Shown here: positions 57,226 through 64,000 of the stretch, piece after piece
Layout of the letters: each line of letters starts with the position of its first letter
How positions within the stretch are numbered: position 1 is the stretch's first letter
Virus record (IMG/VR): IMGVR_UViG_3300037200_000039
Source: an uncultured virus (IMG/VR IMGVR_UViG_3300037200_000039)
Lineage: Duplodnaviria; Heunggongvirae; Uroviricota; Caudoviricetes
Reading direction: 5' to 3' (one strand)
DNA length: 64,000 nucleotides
The notes under the pieces: model-generated
What the model was told of the DNA's origin: nothing
The model's database searches: none
The model's input: the letters and a program-made list of their open reading frames with translations, nothing else
Position numbers and translations under genes: made by a program

Positions 57226-60200
57226 GTGGGGGGGAAGTCGAGCCAATCAAGCCAATCCGTGCAGGTGCCAGCGAGCGTCCTTGCGCAATATCAATCCGTG
57301 AATGCGCAGGCAGATCAAACTGCTACTCAGCCGTTCCAAGATTATAGCGGTCAATTTGTTGCGCCAGTGAATGCGCAACAGCAGCAGGGAATTGTCGGCA
57401 CGAACGCAGCTGCGACGGAAGCGCAGCCGTATTACGGCGCTGCGACTGGACAACTCGGACAAGCGCAGGCAAATACACAGCCGGCAAACAGCGCTGCATT
57501 AGGGCTTGCCGGGGCATCCGCACAGCAAGTAAACGCGAGCCCGCTGACCGGTCAGCAGATCAACCAGTACATGTCACCGTACCTGCAAGATGTCATGGGC
57601 AGTACCCAGGCACTGCAAAACCAATCGAACCAAGAGCAGCAAGCAGGGCAATTGGGTACAGCGATTCAGTCAGGTGCGTTTGGTGGAGATCGTACTGGAA
57701 TTGCCGCAGCAAATCTCGAACAACAGCAGAATCTGACAAATGCCAACGTGTTATCTGGCATCGCCAACACTGGCTATAACAATGCGCTGTCGACGGCGCA
57801 GCAACAGCAGGGCGTGAATCTGTCGGCCGGTCAAGCGAACCGTGCGGCATTGGGCTCAGCGGCCACCAACATTGCTGGCATCGGTCAGACTCAATATGGT
57901 GAGGGCGCAAACACGGCGTCCTCATTGGCGAGTTTAGGCAGTGGCGCGCAGACCGCTGGATTGCAAGGCGCGTCAGCACAACTGGGTGCGGGCACTGTAG
58001 AGCAACAAACGCAACAGGCGCAGGATACTGCTCAATACAATCAGTTCCTACAGCAGCAGAGTTATCCGTTTCAGGTTGATCAATTTTTGGCGAATATCGC
58101 CGAAGGGACCGGAGCTCTTTCCGGTTCAACGACGACCACATCGCAGCCTGGCGGATTCTTCTCAGACGAGCGCCTGAAATCAGACAAGAAACCTATTGGT
58201 AAGACGTTCGATGGTCAGACGATCTACAGCTACAAGATGCATGGCGATCCGCGCACGCAAATTGGACTGATGGCGCAGGATGTAGAGGACAAGCACCCCG
58301 AGGCGGTAGGATTGGCTGGCTCAGGCTACAAGACGGTGGACTATGAGAAGGCCACCAAGAAAGCTGCGAATGATGGCCACTTCTACGCAGGCGGTGTCGT
58401 GCCGATGCGCAGAGCGGCGGGTGGCCCGGTAGATCCCGGTGATTATTCGTCGATACTTGCGGCGCAGCAGCAGATGTATTCAGGATTGAGCGGTGCACGC
58501 ACGATGGGCGGCTCGCCTCGTGGTGGGGCCGCTGGTGTGCCGGCAGCATCGGTGCCTGTTGGGCATCTAGATGCGCCATCGGGAGGGTTACAGCGTCAGC
58601 CATCCGGTGCACAGAATTTGTCAGGTGCGATGACGTTAGCGAATCAAGGCAATCAGATCTATAAGAACTTCTCTGGTCCATCGCAGCAACCGCAGCAACC
58701 GACGCCTACGAAGACTGGGTCAGGCACTGGCACATGGGATACCAGTTCGCAAGCTGGCGTCGGGAATTTCGACGGCTCGAGCCTGCGCCGCGGCGGAATA
58801 GCCGGCTATGATTCTGGCGGCTCGACGCCGTACGAATCGGCGGGATTCGATATCCCCGACGAGAACTCCCACAATGCCTTGACCAAGCCAGCGGCACTGC
58901 CGCCGAAGTCGCCGAGTGGATTCCAGCAATTGATGAGTATGGGCTCTGGCATGGGCGGCATGAGTAGCATGATGGGCGGATTGGGCGGTGCATCCGGTGC
59001 GTCTGGGGGCGCCGATGCAGCCAGCGATGCGGGGGATTCGATGGATGCCGTTGATGCAGCCGAGATCGCCGCGCGCGGCGGCCGAATTCATCGCGACGCC
59101 GGCGGCGATGCGGTGACAGCCGATTCGACGGACCTTCAGTCAACCGCGGGTAGCGATGCACCTGCGACGGGTATTGCGCAATCGCCAGGGCTAGCGCAGG
59201 GAGCACCTAACACGTCGCTGAATTCGGTCAAGCACTTAGCCCTGGCGGCGGGCGAGGCATACTTAGGGGATTATGCCGGCGCTGCCGGGCAGGCGTATGA
59301 AGCGTATGGTGCAGCCAAAAACAAACGCGGCGGCCGGATACACAAGGATGTTGCCGGCGGCGTCGGGGATGATGATACGTTGCCGGAGATTCAGGCTGAC
59401 GTGCCGACGAAGCAGTTCCAAGGCGTATCTGATTCGGGTCCGGCATATACCGGCGGTGTGAACCCGGCGCCGATGCCGGCGGTTGATGCGGGCGCAACAC
59501 CAAGTGCGAACATATCCACTGATGACTCTGGACTGAAGGGTCCGTCCTGGTGGGACCGCAATAAGGGCAACATCATTCCGCTAGCGCAGGGACTAGCGGC
59601 GATGGGTACGGCGCCTACCAAACACTTAGGGGTGGCGCTTGCGGCCGGCCTTGGGGCTGGTGCGCAGTCGTACGTGCCTACCCAGCAGGGACTGGCTAAT
59701 ACACAGCAGACGCAAACCCAGACGCAGGGGATGGATATCGCGAATCAGATTGCGCAGCAAAAGCTAAATTACCTGAAGTCGCCCCCTCCCAGCGGCGGGA
59801 CGCCGTCGCCGATATCGCAGCCGCAGCAGTCTGATCCGACGCCATTACCGGATCAATTGCGGAAAATGTACGCAGTGGCGCCCGTAACTCAAAGCGAGGC
59901 GCAGCAGTTGCAATATGCCCATAAGCAGGCTGTAGCACTCGGCAGTGACCAGCCGGTCCAGGCGGTGCATGACGCAATCAGCAATCGCACTACGGCGCAG
60001 ACATTTAAGGTACAACAAGATGCGCGCCAGAACTACGACGCAGCAGTGTTTACTGCCAATCATTCGAAAGATCCTGCAATCCGCGCAAGTGCTGCCGCAA
60101 CAGCCGATGCTTACCGCCAATGGACCGGTGATGAACCAGGTGACCAGAATGGAGTAACGGTCAACAAACGCACCGGACAGCCGTTCATAGGAGAAGAAGC

Positions 60201-61200
60201 GCAACGATTGCCTCCTGGCAGATATGCCGAAATGATGGCGCAGGCGCAGGAAAAGATTCCAATGCCAACTGGCAATGCCGCTGATCCGGGCGAAACTGCC
60301 CTGACGCCTAGGTATAAGGTTGCGGGATTTAATGATGCGCAATCCTACGTCGCCAGCCTGCCACCTCCGGGCACCCCCGGCATTCCCGGAGGCGCACCCT
60401 CTGCGGGCCAAGGCGCTCCCACTGCCATACCGCAACAGCCGCGATCCGTTGGAGCGCCGGCCGCTGTCGCTCAGCGTCCTGCGGGGGTCCGGCGCCAGAG
60501 CACTGCGGCGCCAGCATCGGCGGCACCGGTTGATCCAATAGCAGCGAAGGCGTTCGGCGATTCTTCCTATGATCTACCGAAGATTCCCAATCGGCCTGGC
60601 GTCACCATTGGCGAGGGTACTCGAAACAAAGTGCTCGCCTCCAATGAGAAGCGCAAAGAACTTCAAGCCGATGCCGAACAGACGGCGCAGGCATCCGGTG
60701 CAGCGCTCCAGTATGCCACTGCGGCCAAGCAGATCATGGCTTCGAAAGGTGCGCCAACAACTGGATTCTTGGGGCCTGTCGCCAAAGCGATCTCTAGTGT
60801 GTATTCCGGGGTAGATGCCACGAATTATCAGGAAGTCGCGAAGTACTTGGGCAATCTTGCGGTGCAGGCGGGTAAAGGAAATTTCCCGCACGCTACCGAA
60901 AAAGAAAACATGGTTCAATTTGAGCAACTGAGCCCGAGCACGGCAAATACGCCAGATGCGCTCAACAATCTGCTTGATTCAAATATCAAGACCGCGAAAT
61001 ATACGCTAGATACGGCGGATCGAGCTGGCAAGTATCTGGATCAAAACAAAGACCCGCAGAAATTCTTTCGCTGGAATCAGCAGTATTATCCGCGCGAGGA
61101 TATATCGAAGGCCGCTGCTCCAGCCGCTGCGATCCAGCATCTAAAGTCGCATCCTGAACTCGCAGACGCTTTCAAGACGAAATACGGCTACTTGCCATGA
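57226..61200 (+). CDS. DNA ejection/pilot protein with an internal peptidase S74-like chaperone domain
   Basis: GTG 57226 GGKSSQS; Gln/Ala-rich; YMSPY, GAFGGDR; SDERLK...IGLMAQDVE..HPEAV...VDY. Confidence 0.78.
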   Translation: MGGKSSQSSQSVQVPASVLAQYQSVNAQADQTATQPFQDYSGQFVAPVNAQQQQGIVGTNAAATEAQPYYGAATGQLGQAQANTQPANSAALGLAGASAQQVNASPLTGQQINQYMSPYLQDVMGSTQALQNQSNQEQQAGQLGTAIQSGAFGGDRTGIAAANLEQQQNLTNANVLSGIANTGYNNALSTAQQQQGVNLSAGQANRAALGSAATNIAGIGQTQYGEGANTASSLASLGSGAQTAGLQGASAQLGAGTVEQQTQQAQDTAQYNQFLQQQSYPFQVDQFLANIAEGTGALSGSTTTTSQPGGFFSDERLKSDKKPIGKTFDGQTIYSYKMHGDPRTQIGLMAQDVEDKHPEAVGLAGSGYKTVDYEKATKKAANDGHFYAGGVVPMRRAAGGPVDPGDYSSILAAQQQMYSGLSGARTMGGSPRGGAAGVPAASVPVGHLDAPSGGLQRQPSGAQNLSGAMTLANQGNQIYKNFSGPSQQPQQPTPTKTGSGTGTWDTSSQAGVGNFDGSSLRRGGIAGYDSGGSTPYESAGFDIPDENSHNALTKPAALPPKSPSGFQQLMSMGSGMGGMSSMMGGLGGASGASGGADAASDAGDSMDAVDAAEIAARGGRIHRDAGGDAVTADSTDLQSTAGSDAPATGIAQSPGLAQGAPNTSLNSVKHLALAAGEAYLGDYAGAAGQAYEAYGAAKNKRGGRIHKDVAGGVGDDDTLPEIQADVPTKQFQGVSDSGPAYTGGVNPAPMPAVDAGATPSANISTDDSGLKGPSWWDRNKGNIIPLAQGLAAMGTAPTKHLGVALAAGLGAGAQSYVPTQQGLANTQQTQTQTQGMDIANQIAQQKLNYLKSPPPSGGTPSPISQPQQSDPTPLPDQLRKMYAVAPVTQSEAQQLQYAHKQAVALGSDQPVQAVHDAISNRTTAQTFKVQQDARQNYDAAVFTANHSKDPAIRASAAATADAYRQWTGDEPGDQNGVTVNKRTGQPFIGEEAQRLPPGRYAEMMAQAQEKIPMPTGNAADPGETALTPRYKVAGFNDAQSYVASLPPPGTPGIPGGAPSAGQGAPTAIPQQPRSVGAPAAVAQRPAGVRRQSTAAPASAAPVDPIAAKAFGDSSYDLPKIPNRPGVTIGEGTRNKVLASNEKRKELQADAEQTAQASGAALQYATAAKQIMASKGAPTTGFLGPVAKAISSVYSGVDATNYQEVAKYLGNLAVQAGKGNFPHATEKENMVQFEQLSPSTANTPDALNNLLDSNIKTAKYTLDTADRAGKYLDQNKDPQKFFRWNQQYYPREDISKAAAPAAAIQHLKSHPELADAFKTKYGYLP

Positions 61201-63353
61201 GCAATCCGTTCGACCAATTTGATGCGGCCCCTGCCCCTGCGGCCCAAGCGAGTGCGTCGAATCCGTTCGATGTATTCGATGAGAAGCCAGCAAAGGTTGA
61301 GGAACCTGCGCCAGAAGAAACAATGGGCCGTATCGCCGGTCTAGGCGCGCGTGCTCTCGCTTCCGGTGCAGCCGAAATACCTGACACAATCATGAAACTG
61401 GCGAACCCGTTAGCGAGCGCTGTCCAAGCAGTCACGGGCAAGCCTTCGACGCCTGACGAGCCATACAAGCCGCAGCTTGCGGATTTTGTGCACCCTGAAA
61501 AGTGGCATCAAGCAGCGCAATATTTCGCCGACAAAGCCGGCGCTCCGACGCCGCAGACGAGTGCTGAGCGGATCGGCAGCAAAGCCGTAGAGGCATTATC
61601 CAGCGCGGCGCTGGCCCCGGAGACGCCCATTGCAGCCGGAATATCATCAATGATGGGAGGTGCTAGCCAGCAGAGTGCAGCAGAAGCAGGCGCTGGCAGA
61701 ATTGGGCAGACGGCGGCAGGATTGGCAGGCGGGAGCTTGCCTGCGCTAGGCGCCGGACTCGCAGCCGGCGCCCGCGGAATTGTCCGCGGTGGCGTAGAGG
61801 GCCAAGCTGCGATGCAACAGCGCATCGCAGATGCTGCCCAGGCTGATACGACATTATCCGCTGGCCAAGCTGGTGGATCGCCAGCGGTTCAGTACGCCGA
61901 AGGGACAATGTCCAAGCTGTGGGGCGGAGCACCCATCAAGAAACTAGCCGAACAGCAGACGCAGGATACTGGCGGCAATATCGGGCGCATCATTGGCAAT
62001 CTAGCGAAAGGAGAAACTGTATCCCCAACAAGTGCTGGCACCGCCATAGAAAAAGGTATTGGCGATGCGCGTACGCCTGGTACGACGCTAGGAGATATGC
62101 ATGCAGCCGAAGGCGTAGCCTATGGCAAGCTTGATAATCTAATTGATCCAGCCACACCATTCAGTGCGTCCAAAACCGTCTCGGCCATCAATTCTGTGGG
62201 TATGCAAAACGGCATTGTTCCAGTTCCTTCGCAGATTACCGGCATTCGCAAGAACTTGCTGGCCAAGGTAGCACAGAACTCCAAGCCAACCGGGTTTGAG
62301 GGGGTCGGCAACCCACCAGCGCCAGCACCGCAACTATCGTATGGCGATTTGCGGGCCGTCAAAACGGAACTCGGTAATTCAATCGACTGGGGCTTTGCGC
62401 CCGCTGACAAAGTCGCCAATGGCAAGCTGATTAAACTGTGGGGTGCGGTCAAAGACGATATCGATAGTGGCGCGATGAATCACAGCCCAGAGGCCGCACA
62501 GGCACAGACAGAAGCGAATGCACTCTATCAGAAAAACCAAGCAACGCGCGATGACCTGAAACCGTTCATCGATAAGGCCGGCGGCCCCGAGGCGCTGTAT
62601 CAGGCGGCTACCAATGGCACCAAGCTAGGCGCCACGAAAGTATCAACTGTCATGAATGCGATCAATCCTGACCAGCAGAACATCGTGCGCGCGACCATAC
62701 TTGATAGGCTTGGCAAAGCCGCTGGCGCGCAGGACGCGCAATACAGCCCGAGCACCTTTCTGACGCAATGGAACCGACTAGCACCAGAAGCAAAAGATGC
62801 ATTGTTTGGCAGTAGCAACGCTAGCGGGTTGCGTGATAATCTAGATTCCCTCAGTAGAACGGTTGGTAATATCAACAAAGGCACGAGGCTGCGCAATCCC
62901 TCTGGGACCGGCGAAGCGGTCGGGCACGTGGCTGGCTACGAGGCTGCCTTCGAGGGAGTAAAAAATGCACTGTCAGGACATCTGGGTACACTTGCTTATA
63001 CTGCTAGTGGTCTGGCTGCGAATCACGCACTCTCGAGAGCGCTGACGAATCCCGCAACAGTTAATTGGCTAGCGCAGACGACGAAGGCGCCGATATCTGC
63101 CCTTCCTAATGCTATTCATCAGCTATCACAGATGAATGATCCTGATGCGCATGCATTGTCCAAAGCAATACAACAGCCAGTGTCGCGTGCCACAGGCGGG
63201 CGTACTGGACAATCCAAAGAGCAACTTGTTAACCGCTTAATCAACCGTTGGAAAGCAGCGAAGAAAGCCACCGACGCAACGACGAAACCATTATTATCTC
63301 AGCCCGACGCCGCGATAGTGAGGGCTCTGAATATCGCGCAGGAGCATATCTAG
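61197..63353 (+). CDS. Internal virion/ejection protein
   Basis: NPFDQFD/NPFDVFD N-terminus, Ala/Gly-rich, NPSGTG motif. Confidence 0.72.
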   Translation: MSNPFDQFDAAPAPAAQASASNPFDVFDEKPAKVEEPAPEETMGRIAGLGARALASGAAEIPDTIMKLANPLASAVQAVTGKPSTPDEPYKPQLADFVHPEKWHQAAQYFADKAGAPTPQTSAERIGSKAVEALSSAALAPETPIAAGISSMMGGASQQSAAEAGAGRIGQTAAGLAGGSLPALGAGLAAGARGIVRGGVEGQAAMQQRIADAAQADTTLSAGQAGGSPAVQYAEGTMSKLWGGAPIKKLAEQQTQDTGGNIGRIIGNLAKGETVSPTSAGTAIEKGIGDARTPGTTLGDMHAAEGVAYGKLDNLIDPATPFSASKTVSAINSVGMQNGIVPVPSQITGIRKNLLAKVAQNSKPTGFEGVGNPPAPAPQLSYGDLRAVKTELGNSIDWGFAPADKVANGKLIKLWGAVKDDIDSGAMNHSPEAAQAQTEANALYQKNQATRDDLKPFIDKAGGPEALYQAATNGTKLGATKVSTVMNAINPDQQNIVRATILDRLGKAAGAQDAQYSPSTFLTQWNRLAPEAKDALFGSSNASGLRDNLDSLSRTVGNINKGTRLRNPSGTGEAVGHVAGYEAAFEGVKNALSGHLGTLAYTASGLAANHALSRALTNPATVNWLAQTTKAPISALPNAIHQLSQMNDPDAHALSKAIQQPVSRATGGRTGQSKEQLVNRLINRWKAAKKATDATTKPLLSQPDAAIVRALNIAQEHI

Positions 63354-63364
63354 ATTATGTGTGA

Positions 63365-63541
63365 TCATAGACGGAGTTTTATCCATACCCATTCAAGGGC
63401 AGATCCGATCGCATAAAGTAGCATTGTGACTAAGAAAATGACTAAGAAAATGACTAAGAAAAACACAACGCGGCAAATGATGTTTAAGGCAATTACCGCG
63501 GCAATTATGCCCACCAAGATAAGAAATAGTGTTCCAATCAT
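63365..63541 (-). CDS. 58-aa hydrophobic membrane protein, antisense to the late operon
   Basis: Hand-translated MIGTLFLILVGIIAAVIALNIICRVVFFLVIFLVIFLVTMLLYAIGSALEWVWIKLRL; contains the 12-bp repeat tgactaagaaaa three times. Confidence 0.6.
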   Translation of the reverse strand: MIGTLFLILVGIIAAVIALNIICRVVFFLVIFLVIFLVTMLLYAIGSALEWVWIKLRL

Positions 63542-63599
63542 TGAGCCACGGTATCTTAAGCCGCTTGCGTTGTCAACTATCGAGCGGGAGCATATCTAA

Positions 63600-64000
63600 A
63601 TGGCCGACGTATTCAGCCCAAATAAGGGATTCGATGAACCTGCGACCGGCTCCTACCCAAATACGTGGGGCCCGGTGCTCAACGCCGACTTCGCGACAAT
63701 CGATACCTGTTTCGGCGGGCTGACTCAGATCAATGTCACGGGTGTTGCACCTGGCATATATACGTTGCAACTCTCTCAATATCAGCCGCCCAACATCGTA
63801 TTCAACGGCGTGCTGACCGGGGATTTAGCGTACACACTGCCCCTCGGGGTAGGTGGCATCTGGAGCGTCTATAACAATACCAGCGGGGCATTTAGCTTGT
63901 TCTTTGCCTCGAATAGCGGCTCTACTCTCGCGCTGACACAGGGACAGCGCACACTCCTGGTGTGCGATGGCGCGAATGTGCAATACGCGGATGGTCAAGT
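63600..64000 (+). CDS. Tail fibre N-terminus (runs off window end)
   Basis: GGGAG upstream; MADVFSPNKGFDEPATGSYPNTWGPVLNADF..ID; open to the end. Confidence 0.75.
   Translation, partial: MADVFSPNKGFDEPATGSYPNTWGPVLNADFATIDTCFGGLTQINVTGVAPGIYTLQLSQYQPPNIVFNGVLTGDLAYTLPLGVGGIWSVYNNTSGAFSLFFASNSGSTLALTQGQRTLLVCDGANVQYADGQ

Noticed and set aside
1..64000. Stop-codon recoding, tRNAs, introns/inteins, integrase or att sites
   Set aside because: Core genes are intact in the standard code, use all three stops and have normal lengths; none of these elements was recognised by eye.

Overview
The whole window is part of one tailed dsDNA phage genome, most likely podovirus-like: there is no tape measure or tail sheath, but there are tail tubular/stabilisation-type genes followed by ejection proteins. 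The host is probably a proteobacterium (inference). No host genes, integrase, tRNA or CRISPR array were seen. Layout: (1) 1-4.7 kb, DNA metabolism (SF2 helicase, VRR-NUC nuclease, C5 methyltransferase-like); (2) 4.8-9.9 kb, a minus-strand block (glycosyltransferase-sulfotransferase fusion, two HTH proteins, probable TerS, TolB-like propeller); (3) 9.9-11.3 kb, a non-coding control hub (helically phased array of 18 pseudo-palindromic boxes, three perfect tandem DnaA boxes, iteron-like repeats around an AT-rich tract, and a switch in strand composition); (4) 11.3-17 kb, RHH regulators, a beta-helix protein, a parS-like site and a TOPRIM-VapE primase-helicase; (5) 17-28 kb, TerL, portal, GroES-like protein, scaffold and capsid; (6) 28.5-57 kb, an unusually large fibre/spike set with lysis and tail tube genes; (7) 57-64 kb, ejection proteins and the start of a tail fibre. 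The strongest candidate for an undescribed system is the modular appendage set. It combines three spike/fibre genes with apparent Sec signal peptides, three repeated plug-and-socket gene pairs, four GPT collagen-like stalk genes and an embedded GT2-TPR glycosyltransferase. All functional calls come from motif recognition by eye; no searches were run.
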